Assembly: GCA_001600695.1 (NCBI GenBank)
Contig: BCKQ01000004.1
Location: forward strand, 1,059,677-1,123,676
Direction: 5' to 3'
Length of the DNA stretch: 64,000 nt
Source: Ascoidea asiatica JCM 7603
Taxonomy: Eukaryota > Fungi > Ascomycota
A program made the translations under genes and the position numbers. The notes under the pieces were generated by a model. The model was not told where the DNA came from. It made no database searches and saw only the letters and a list, made by a program, of their open reading frames with translations. Shown here one piece after another: positions 24,985 to 35,642 of the stretch (positions are counted from its first letter, which is position 1; the number at the start of each line of letters is the position of its first letter).

Positions 24985-27900
24985 TTATTCTGGTTTCTGA
25001 TAACTGGCATTAGAAAACTTACGCGTGCGATGATTTTTACGATATTTGTTTTCAGGGTTATTGCCATTGCCATTATTATTACCATTACCACTATTATTGC
25101 CATTGCCAATATTATGACCATTGCTATTGTTATTATTACTATCTGAGCCTTGACTAGAACTTTTAGACCTATAATTTCGTCTATATCTACCTCTTCCACC
25201 AGATCCTCTACCTCTAGAACCATTACCATTTCTGGAAGAATTAGTTGCTTGAGTGGAATTTGAATTGGCTGTATCGGGTTGACTAGATTGATTATTACGG
25301 CTGTTAATACTGACATTACCTAGCCCCTTGAGCAATGAGTTTACTTCAAAAGTTGCTTCAGCATTTGTTGGAGGTTGAGGAACCTGAGGAACAGGATAAG
25401 GCACAGGCATAGTCATTGGTCCTGACATAGAAATAGGCATCGGCATTGGAAAACCAGCTCCAAAGCCTTGATTTTGATACTGCATTTGATTTGGAATGAA
25501 AGTATGCATGAAGTTTTGCGGAGGAATCTCATTGACTTGAGGAACAGCAGAAGGAACAACAGGTTGAACAACATGAGCTCCTTTATTCATCTCAGACATT
25601 ATTTCACCAAATACATCTTTTGCAGTTGGAATTTTAACAGGGATGGACACTTTGGATGATTCAGAACTCTCTGTTGTAGCAGTTTTGGGAGGCTCAGATA
25701 TTACAGCAGAAGATTTTTCATCTTTCATACCACGAAGTATTGCCAATAATGCTTGGGAACCTTCAACATTTGACTTTGGCTCAGACTTTACAGCTTTGCT
25801 GCTAGATCTCTCTTTAGTGAGATTCTTTTCATTAGAGTTTTTGAAATGTACAGGGCGTTTTCCTCGTGTACTTTTATCTTTTTCTAATGAAGCTTTAGAG
25901 TGATAGACAAATTGTCTATATGTAAGATTTAACAATAACGAAGAATCTAAAGTCAAACCTCTTTTGGATTTTAATCTACCAGATAAATTATTACCACCCA
26001 TTAATATATTATCAAAGACAACTTGTAATTTAACACTTGTCTCGTCACATACTACACCAACTACTGTTCCTTTAGAAAAAACAGGAACTTTACCAAATTC
26101 TTGGATATAAACAACTCTATCACCAAGATTGAACCTTTGGGTTTTCATGAGAAAAGAAGCTTTTTTAGGATCGATAACTGCTTCTCTTGGAACACCATTG
26201 ATGGTTGTTGCAGATTCATTTAATGGCATTAGACAATAAGTTTCCATAAAATTCTCAATTTCTGCAATACTATTTCTATTCAAAAGATTACTTTCTAGAT
26301 TGGTAATTATTAATTTAGACTTAATATCTGCTATCCAATTTACAATATTATCTAACTTATGTTGTAGTTCATTCTCGTCTGAAATATCAGGATAGAATTC
26401 CCTTATACTCAAAAATCCTCGAACACTTACAACTTTTGAAAGATTTTGGAAAAATATTGGAAACAACCTCATATAATCATGTATCAAATCAATCGCTAAA
26501 GTACTATATTCCCATCCTCTGTCATTTCTTCGAGTATAACCTATTACCTTATGATGACGAGCTTCGAATTTTAAATCTAATCCAATATTAATTTTCTTAC
26601 GTCTAGTATTTTCAATCAAAAATTGAGATGTAATTCTAGACAACAATAAAGGATGTATATGCAACATTCTTGTTACTTGAAAAGAAGGAAAATATTTCAA
26701 AGAAGCATTTTCTTCTGCAGCTTTTCGAGCACCAATGTTAGGCTCTTGGTCTTTTAAAATTTTTGTTACAGCTAATGAAATCCTATTTTTACCACGATAT
26801 CCCACAACTTTACCTGGTGCACCATAAGCATAAGAACCCAAAAATAGAACTGTTGAATTCATTGGAAATTCTTTTTCAACGGGTATTGGTGCCAGCTCTT
26901 TAAATCTAAGATCTTTATTTTTAACATCTTCGACGATTAGCTGTAATGGATAAACTTCCTCAATATTACTGAAAGTTTTTACATAAGAACCTTCTGGAGT
27001 TCTTATTAAACCATTAGTTGCTCTAATGGTAACCAATACATCGATATCACCAAGTATTACACCCTTGGTAGAATGATATTTGCTAGTTAATAAGCCACAC
27101 TTTGACGCTAGCTCATTCGCTTGGGCAGGCTGAATATCAGTTTTCACAAATGATGAAAAATTTTTTGAACTCTCATACTGAATCCTATTATTACAAATTC
27201 TGACCACCTTCGATTCTTTTAAAAAAGGATAATCTGAGTAAACCAACTTATTAATATATTTTTTGCAAAAATTGTCAAAATTCGTTTCAGATTTATTGAC
27301 ATCTTCAAACATATTTTTAATAGTTAATATCATTGACTCTGATCTTGAAGGCTGGTTGAATATAAGTAAACTATCAATTGATAATTTATAATCGAATTGT
27401 AAAGCTTTCAATGTTGGAAAATTTGCTAAAGAATCATTACCAGAAAGCGCACCAGGGGATAATATATTGAACTTTGAATAATCATCAATTTTTGGTAGAT
27501 TAAAAATGGATTCTGTGCAATGATCTTCTTCTAAGTCTTTAAATGAATTTGGTAAAGGAGATTTATAAAGTTGCATATGCTGAGGGTTAAATTTAAAAAG
27601 TAAGTTATTACCAAAACCATTTCTAATTTTTTCTTCTGGATCTAATTTTGCATCATATGGCTTCATTGCTTCAACTAATCTTTCCTCATCAACAAATGGT
27701 AATTTTAAAACATACTCCCATTCTGCAGTTTTACCATTTTTATCAATCTCGGCATCATTTGGATAAAAATCAATTATAGGAGATGATGGATCTAACATTA
27801 AATGTCTATAAACAAAAGGAACCAATTTATTAGATCTTGCAGGCAATACAGCCATTAATTGTTGAAATGGAGTAAAAGGTTTTGATTGATTAAAAGTAAT

Positions 27901-30033
27901 ATCATTATTAAAATTTAAAATACCCTTTGAAATATCTGAAATTCTTGGAGCAAAATGATATTCATAATACCATGACCAAGAAGGAACACCTTTATAATAA
28001 TAATATAAAACCCATTGTAACCCATCAATATAATTTTTACATAATTTTACTAAATTTTCTGGTTCATTAATACTTGAGAAACCAAATTTATCTATATAAT
28101 AAGAATTTTTCCATCTTACAAATTTATTATCATAAATGGATTTTTTATAATTCATTGAAGTTTTATCTTCAATGATTAAATTATTTGAATATGATTTAAT
28201 TTTTTTAATTGATTCATGAATTCTTGAAATATATTCATCACTTGATTCATTTGAATCCATACCATCAATATCTAATTTTAAAGTATAAGTATTAAGTTCT
28301 TGATTATGAACAACAATTAAATCTAAATCATAAGCAATTTTTTTTAAAAATTTTAAATTTTGATTAATATTTATTGAAATTAAATGATTTGGAATTAATA
28401 ATGAAGGAATTTCAGTTTCATCAATTTGAAAATAATTTACATGAGGATTTTCAGTTGAAAAAATTGTTAATAACCAAGGTTTTACAAAATTAAATAAATT
28501 AGTTGGAGTTTTTATATCTTTTTCTTCATTATCATTATCACTATCAGAATTATCAGACTCATCAAAATCCTCATTGCTACTAGTATAATCATCTGAGGAA
28601 ATATCATCATTTAAATTTTTATAATCATGAATTGATTTATTTTTAAAATCATTTGAAATATTAATTTTCTCAGATTCTTGTTCATCATTAAATTCATTAT
28701 TATTTTCATTTTTATTATCATTAATTAATAATAATTTACCATTTTTAATTCTTTTTTTTTCACCAATAATTGAAATATTTTCTAATTTTTTATTAAACCA
28801 TTCAATATCAATAGTTTTATTTTCAAAATTTTCAAATTCAAAAATTGATAAATTATTTAAAAAATTTTTAAAATTTTTAAAATTAATTTTACCATTATTA
28901 TTTAAATAATTATTTGATTGAATTAAAGATAATTTTAAAATTTTTATTAATAATGGAAATGCACCTTTATTAATATGTAAATCAGGTAAATTTGGTAAAA
29001 AATCATTACCAATAACATATAAAATTAAAATTAAATCATCTAAGATTCTTTCAAAATTATAATTAAAATTTAAATTTTCTTTTAAATCAGTAAATTCTAA
29101 TTCCAAATATTCTCTTAATAAAGAAAGATGTAAAAGATAAAAATTTTGATTTTCTAAAACATTTTCATTTGAATTTTGAAAAGTTATTGAAGAATTATTA
29201 TTTGAATTTGAGTTTGAATTTGAATTTGAATTATTTTTTTTAAAATTTGTAAATTTAACTTCTTCTCTTAATAAAGTAAAATGAGGTTCATGAGTTACTA
29301 AACCTAAGATTATTAAATCGGCATCAAGACCATAAATACAATGTCTTAAATTTGGATTATAATCTAAATTAATATTTTTATTATTTGTAGATTGATTTGA
29401 TTGAATTGAATTATTTAATTGATTTGATTTAATTGATCTAATATATTCCATAATTTTATGTTCACCTTCACCAGGAACTTCATGACCAGATAAAATAATT
29501 TTAATATTTTTCCAAGAAGAATCTGTTGAAATTTTTTTATGAATAAAGAATTTTAAATTTTTAGTTAATTTATTCATAAATTCAGTACCTGGAGTTATTG
29601 AAGAAGAATCAAATAAATTTTTATTTTTATTTTCAATATTTAATCTTTCATTTGGATCATTTAAATTTTTATTAATTAAATTATTTAAATTTTTTTCATT
29701 ATCTAAAGCAGTTCTAAATCTTCTTGATCTTTGTTGATTCATTTTTGCTCTTGGAGCAACACCATCAATTGCCATATAAAATAATTTTTTTGGTTTAATT
29801 GTATTAAATAAATGTTCAATATATGAAAATATAGATTGAAACATTTGATCTTCAGATAAACCTGAATTTATTAAATCATCATAACTTGCATCATTTGAAT
29901 GTGTACAATTATGTATAATACCATTCATATCAAGATATAAATTATCAAATTCAGGTATTTGATCTTCATCAATTAATTTACTTATCAATGGCCATCTTTC
30001 TGAGATGAATCTAAAAAATTTTGGAATACCCAT
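24985..30033 (-). CDS. XRN1: Cytoplasmic 5'-3' exoribonuclease
   Basis: MGIPKFFRFISERWP, DNLYLDMNGIIH, DGVAPRAKMNQQRSRRF, PGEGEHKIM, YGLDADL, GNDFLP. Long Xrn1-specific C-terminal domains. Confidence 0.98.
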   Translation of the reverse strand: MGIPKFFRFISERWPLISKLIDEDQIPEFDNLYLDMNGIIHNCTHSNDASYDDLINSGLSEDQMFQSIFSYIEHLFNTIKPKKLFYMAIDGVAPRAKMNQQRSRRFRTALDNEKNLNNLINKNLNDPNERLNIENKNKNLFDSSSITPGTEFMNKLTKNLKFFIHKKISTDSSWKNIKIILSGHEVPGEGEHKIMEYIRSIKSNQLNNSIQSNQSTNNKNINLDYNPNLRHCIYGLDADLIILGLVTHEPHFTLLREEVKFTNFKKNNSNSNSNSNSNNNSSITFQNSNENVLENQNFYLLHLSLLREYLELEFTDLKENLNFNYNFERILDDLILILYVIGNDFLPNLPDLHINKGAFPLLIKILKLSLIQSNNYLNNNGKINFKNFKNFLNNLSIFEFENFENKTIDIEWFNKKLENISIIGEKKRIKNGKLLLINDNKNENNNEFNDEQESEKINISNDFKNKSIHDYKNLNDDISSDDYTSSNEDFDESDNSDSDNDNEEKDIKTPTNLFNFVKPWLLTIFSTENPHVNYFQIDETEIPSLLIPNHLISININQNLKFLKKIAYDLDLIVVHNQELNTYTLKLDIDGMDSNESSDEYISRIHESIKKIKSYSNNLIIEDKTSMNYKKSIYDNKFVRWKNSYYIDKFGFSSINEPENLVKLCKNYIDGLQWVLYYYYKGVPSWSWYYEYHFAPRISDISKGILNFNNDITFNQSKPFTPFQQLMAVLPARSNKLVPFVYRHLMLDPSSPIIDFYPNDAEIDKNGKTAEWEYVLKLPFVDEERLVEAMKPYDAKLDPEEKIRNGFGNNLLFKFNPQHMQLYKSPLPNSFKDLEEDHCTESIFNLPKIDDYSKFNILSPGALSGNDSLANFPTLKALQFDYKLSIDSLLIFNQPSRSESMILTIKNMFEDVNKSETNFDNFCKKYINKLVYSDYPFLKESKVVRICNNRIQYESSKNFSSFVKTDIQPAQANELASKCGLLTSKYHSTKGVILGDIDVLVTIRATNGLIRTPEGSYVKTFSNIEEVYPLQLIVEDVKNKDLRFKELAPIPVEKEFPMNSTVLFLGSYAYGAPGKVVGYRGKNRISLAVTKILKDQEPNIGARKAAEENASLKYFPSFQVTRMLHIHPLLLSRITSQFLIENTRRKKINIGLDLKFEARHHKVIGYTRRNDRGWEYSTLAIDLIHDYMRLFPIFFQNLSKVVSVRGFLSIREFYPDISDENELQHKLDNIVNWIADIKSKLIITNLESNLLNRNSIAEIENFMETYCLMPLNESATTINGVPREAVIDPKKASFLMKTQRFNLGDRVVYIQEFGKVPVFSKGTVVGVVCDETSVKLQVVFDNILMGGNNLSGRLKSKRGLTLDSSLLLNLTYRQFVYHSKASLEKDKSTRGKRPVHFKNSNEKNLTKERSSSKAVKSEPKSNVEGSQALLAILRGMKDEKSSAVISEPPKTATTESSESSKVSIPVKIPTAKDVFGEIMSEMNKGAHVVQPVVPSAVPQVNEIPPQNFMHTFIPNQMQYQNQGFGAGFPMPMPISMSGPMTMPVPYPVPQVPQPPTNAEATFEVNSLLKGLGNVSINSRNNQSSQPDTANSNSTQATNSSRNGNGSRGRGSGGRGRYRRNYRSKSSSQGSDSNNNNSNGHNIGNGNNSGNGNNNGNGNNPENKYRKNHRTRKFSNASYQKPE

Positions 30034-30134
30034 TTCTTAATAATTTTTTTTATATTTTATTTTTTGCTTTTAGTCCTTATTTGTTTACTTAAAATACTAA
30101 ATTTGAAATAACAAAAAACTAGAGAATAAAAAAA

Positions 30135-30169
<35 letters not shown>

Positions 30170-30904
30170 ACAATGAAAGTGAAGTGAGATATTAAAATGA
30201 TACTGGATTGAAATTCTTTGCCTTTTCCAAATGATATGAAACTTCTTGTTATTTTAATTCTTCTGATTCTTGAAATGGTTCAGAATTAAGTCTCTTGATA
30301 TTTTTGCATTTGTTTTGGTTCTTTTTCGGAATCGCAGCTTCTTTTGCTTCGTGGTGTCGAAGTGTTGTCAACTTTCCACTGCAAATTCAATCCTTAATTT
30401 TTATCGCCTTCTCCAGAGAAAAATAAAAAAAAAGAGCAGAGCAAGTCAGGTGACACGTCATGTGACTTGGATTTAAAATTGGAGGCCAACCATGCGGGTC
30501 ACTTCAGTTAGATGTGCGTTTGTGTTTTAAACTGTATCTCTCAGTATCTTCTACATATTTCAGCAGTCGTGCAAGTCCAGTTACGTCTAATAAGCTGCGT
30601 GTGCGGACGCCTACTTCAGCCCGAGTGCACCAGAGTTTTGTCTTCTTACTCTACTTATAAGTGCATTGCTACCGTGCGCCTGGCTTCTTGGCCTTTGGTA
30701 CCACTGTTCTGGGAGTGAAAAATCAGGTCCCAATCCAGCCAACTTCAGACATTTATATTTTAAATTCAGTGTTTCTTTGTTATGAGTTTGTTAACTTTCT
30801 TACCTTTGTTAGTAACATTTTGTAACAAATGTTCAATCACCACCAAAATTGTCTGATATTTTATTAAAAACGATCAATTAATACTCATTCATTTACTTAT
30901 TTAC

Positions 30905-30943
<39 letters not shown>

Positions 30944-31194
30944 TTTTTTATTTAATAAATCATTTAATAAATCAAAAGTATCAGGTTTCGATAGTAAATT
31001 ATTATTTTTTGACTGAAGTTTTATTCTTTTAACTTATTCATTTATTTCTTTCCTTGCTTTATCCACTTGTTCAAAATATCTTCCTTTTAAACAAGTTATT
31101 ATTATTAATATCAAGTTAATAAAGAAAATCAAGTGCCTTTTAAACAACTCACCACTGAAATTTAATAAAAAATTAATAGAATTGTTAAACTATC

Positions 31195-31226
<32 letters not shown>

Positions 31227-31858
31227 ATATATTCTCATTAAGTAATAGTATTCTTTAATTTCAATATAATCAAAACTATTATTTCATTCTTATTTTTAAT
31301 CTTCACATTCACATTCATTATCACTTTTGAATAATCCTTAATTTAAAACTAAATCCATACAATATCTAATTCTAATTCCAATATCAATATCAATATCATT
31401 ATCATTATCAATTCCATTATCAATATAAACTTATTGTTTCATACTTCTTTTGTTAAAATATCATTATAATTTTAATAACAATATAAATTATTTAACTTAT
31501 TTCTCATTAAATTTTATATCACTCATACCATTCTTTGCCTTTCATATTATTTTAAATTATTTTAAATTATTTTAAATTATTTTAAAATATTTTTATTCTA
31601 TTTTATTTTTATACATGTATATTTCTCAATCTCATTAATTTCTTTTCAAATATAAATAAATCAAAAGTATCATTTCATTTCATTTCAAATTCATTTTCAT
31701 TTTCAGTCTCATTCTTTATCTCATTATCATTATCATTCTCATTATCATTCTCATTATCGTTTACATTATAATTTAAAATTAATCTCATTCCTCTTTATAT
31801 TTCTTTTATCACTCATAATCAGAGTATTAAATAATTGGATTTTTTAATCAAACTTATT

Positions 31859-33697
31859 ATGGCTTCAAATTATTTATATTTAAATAATCAAAAATCTCGT
31901 TCTTCAATTTCTTTAACTGATGTAACTGTTTCAACTTCAATTAATTCAAATACAAAAATAATTGAAAATCAAACTATTACTTTAAAAAGAAATTCTTCAT
32001 TCATAAGTTCAAAAGGTCAATCATATTCAAATTCAATTTCAAATTTAAATTCAATCTCAAATATTGATAATTTTTCAAATTATTCAAATAATGAATTTAA
32101 TAATGATTTAAATAATTTTACTAATTTCAATAATTTTAATAATTTTAATAATATTAATAATATTAATAATATTAATAATGATTTAAATAGTTCTATTTCT
32201 CGTTCTCAAAGTTTAAAAAATTATAATTATAATCATAATTCAATTCCAAAACAAAATAATAAAAAAAAAATGCAAATGCAAATTCAAATTCAAAAAAAAA
32301 ATCAATTAAATTCAAAAAAATTCACTCTTAATTCAATTGAATATCAATCAATTAATAAAAATAATTTATTCAATAATAATAATAATAATAATAACAATAA
32401 ATCTTCTTCTTCTTCTTCAAACCTTAATAGTAATGATAATCAAAAATGTATTAATAAAAAATTAAAATATAATTCAATTTATTCAAAAAATAATTCAAAT
32501 AATTCTAATTTGAATTATTCAACTCCAAATTTATTATCTAATAATAATAAATTAAATTTAAATTTAAATTTAAATAAAATCACAAGTTCAAGTTTAAATT
32601 CAAATTCTTCTTCAAATTCTCATTCTCATTCAATCTTAAATTCAAATTCTTCTTATTATGAAAATAATTTCATTTATGATGATTATAAATCAAATTTAAT
32701 ATCTCCAAATAATATTAATTTTAGAATTAATTCAAGAAAAGCTTATCATAATTTAATTCATAATCAAAATAATTCCTTAAATGATATTTCAAATTCTAAT
32801 AATGAATTCACTATCTCGTCAAATAATAATAGTAATAATAATGAATTTGTTTCTTTTAAACCTTTTGAATTTTATTATCCTGATGAATTTAATGAAGATA
32901 ATGATACAAATAGTATTGATGAATTCTCTAAAAATAAAGAAAATAATAATAATCTTGATAATCTTGATAATCTTGATAATCTTGATAATTTAAATAATTT
33001 AGAAACTTTCTCAAATTCAAATTCAAAATTAAATAATTCAACTGATGGTAATGAAACTGATACTTCAACTTCTTCAAATACTTCTGTTAATATTCATAAA
33101 AGAAATAGTCCAAATAGATCTTCAAAAAAAACTAATTTAAAATTAAAATTAAACTCTTCAATTTCTTCAAATTTTTCAAATAATTTAAATTTATCTCCAA
33201 CTCCATCAAAATCTATAAATCAAACTTCAACTCCAACTTCTGCTTCAACTTTAACCTCAACTCCAACAATTAATAGAAATTCAAGAAATTATTCAAGAAG
33301 TCCAAATAGAAATCATTTTCATAATCGTTCTCATAATCATAATCATTCAAAATCTTTATCTGTTTCAAATTCTACAAATAATACTAAATCTTCATCAAAA
33401 TTACAATTCAATGAATTTTTTTTTAATTTAAATTTAAATTCTTCTAGACATTTATTATCTTCTAAACCTAATTCAAAAAATTCAAATAACTCAAGTCCTA
33501 ATGAATCTCATGATAAATCAAATAATAGTAATAGTAATAGTAATAATAATAATAATAATAACAATAATAATAATCAAAAAAAGGATACAAATAATTCTAC
33601 AGATTCAACAAACTCAACTAATACAAAATCTAATACAAAAGCTTTAAAATCTATCTTTAGTAATTTTAGATTTATGAATACTTCATCACCTGCATAA
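31859..33697 (+). CDS. Hypothetical Asn/Ser-rich disordered protein
   Basis: 1.8-kb ORF, first ATG at 31859. Short non-repetitive islands SRSSISLTDVTVST, RINSRKAYHNL and FKPFEFYYPDEF. Confidence 0.8.
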   Translation: MASNYLYLNNQKSRSSISLTDVTVSTSINSNTKIIENQTITLKRNSSFISSKGQSYSNSISNLNSISNIDNFSNYSNNEFNNDLNNFTNFNNFNNFNNINNINNINNDLNSSISRSQSLKNYNYNHNSIPKQNNKKKMQMQIQIQKKNQLNSKKFTLNSIEYQSINKNNLFNNNNNNNNNKSSSSSSNLNSNDNQKCINKKLKYNSIYSKNNSNNSNLNYSTPNLLSNNNKLNLNLNLNKITSSSLNSNSSSNSHSHSILNSNSSYYENNFIYDDYKSNLISPNNINFRINSRKAYHNLIHNQNNSLNDISNSNNEFTISSNNNSNNNEFVSFKPFEFYYPDEFNEDNDTNSIDEFSKNKENNNNLDNLDNLDNLDNLNNLETFSNSNSKLNNSTDGNETDTSTSSNTSVNIHKRNSPNRSSKKTNLKLKLNSSISSNFSNNLNLSPTPSKSINQTSTPTSASTLTSTPTINRNSRNYSRSPNRNHFHNRSHNHNHSKSLSVSNSTNNTKSSSKLQFNEFFFNLNLNSSRHLLSSKPNSKNSNNSSPNESHDKSNNSNSNSNNNNNNNNNNNQKKDTNNSTDSTNSTNTKSNTKALKSIFSNFRFMNTSSPA

Positions 33698-35067
33698 TAA
33701 CTATCTTTTAAAATATAATTATCCCAACTCTTTTAATTTTCTCATCCATTTAATGACAATCCTTTAACCTAATCTATTTTACAATTATATTTATATCACT
33801 ATACATTATACATTTTATGTCTTTTCGTTTTATCTTTTATATTTACGCTCCCTAGTTCTCAATTTTCGTTTTATCTTCTTTGGTCATTTATTCACTTTCT
33901 TAATTCGTTTTCTTTTTTCTTAATACTTTTTTTATCTGAAATATGGGTGTTGTTTTCGCTTAAAGTCTGGCTATAATTTCATGGATACTTGTTATTTAAT
34001 TTTTTGAAAAATAATTGATTTTTTTCAATCAATTTTTTCTCAAAGTAAAATTATACAATTTTCAATCACATTCACTTTTTTCAGTTACAATCCTTTATAT
34101 CATGTCAATTTTTCAATCATTTTATCTAATATTTTTTAAATTCAAAGTGACTTGAAAATTTTATTTTCATTTGTGTTGATTTTTTTCATAATATTGAATT
34201 TTTTTTTTTTTCAGTTTTTTTCAGTTTTTTTTCTTTTTTTTTCAAATTTATCATTTTTTTTGTGCTTTGAGTTAATATACTATACTATAAAATAATCTAA
34301 AATTCTTTATAAAAATATAGAAAAGAAAAAAATTATTAAAAAAAATAAGTTGAGATAATTTTAGAAATCATTCAATTCTTTCATTAATTAGTTTTAAATC
34401 AAAATTTCAATAATTACTTTTTGAATAATATGCTTAATAATAACCATATACTTATAAATAATAATAGAATGTTGCGTTTATGACAAAAAAAAATGTGTAT
34501 TTTGTAGATAATGTTGTTTTTGCAATTTTTAATTTTCGAGATGAAATAATTAGCGATGAAGTTAATTATTAAAAGAATTTCGTTTATAAATGTAGTGTTA
34601 TATAATAAAATTAGACATGACATAAAATTAAAGACAAAATCATTAGAAGCAAGTTTTCTTTGGAAAAAATGAATTCTGAAAACATGAAAACTATCACCAA
34701 GAAACACCAAATTTCCTCAATTTATAACCACAATAAATGAAAAAAAATGAAAAAAAAAATGAAAGAATTCTCTTAACTGAATAGTTTTAGCAAATAAAAT
34801 TATATGCATTTGAATATTATTTGAAGAATTAAGACGAGAAAAAGACAAAAGACATAGATAATGGGGAAAGTATATAGGTATTGTATATAAGAGGTATATT
34901 AAAGTAAATCTGATTACTATTATTAAATCTTTTGAACATAATGAAATAAAAAATGGAAGAAATGAGAAACAGAAAAAAATAAAATGAATTGAAGAACAAA
35001 AAAAAAGCATGAGAAAGAAATTATAAACCAGTCAAAAAATTGAGAATTTTATAAGTAATGAATGAAT

Positions 35068-35550
35068 TTAATCAACATCATAATTCATATCTTCATATGG
35101 AGTGGAAGAACCTGAATTAGAGTTGGAATTATTTCTCGAAGAACCATCCTGTCTTAAATAAGGATGAGATCTATTAGCAGATAAATATCTAAAAGATCTT
35201 GTAGGACCACCAGTTCCATTAGTATGTTGATTTGTGTTTGAAGTCCCTGTAAGAACAGTATCTATATCAATGTCTATATCATCCTCATCAGAATTATTAT
35301 TGATATTATTGGTATTATTGTTATTATTGTTATTATGATTATTGTTATTAATATTTCGGGCAGTGTTATTGTTACTTATGGAAGTAGCACTTTCAGAATC
35401 TGACTCATTTAAAATATCTTCTAATTCTTGATCCAACATATTTTGAAGTTCATCTTTTGAATTATTAGCATGATTATTACTATTATTATTATGATTATGA
35501 TTATTATTATTATTATTAGCATGATTATTACTATTATTATTATGATTATG

Positions 35551-35642
<92 letters not shown>

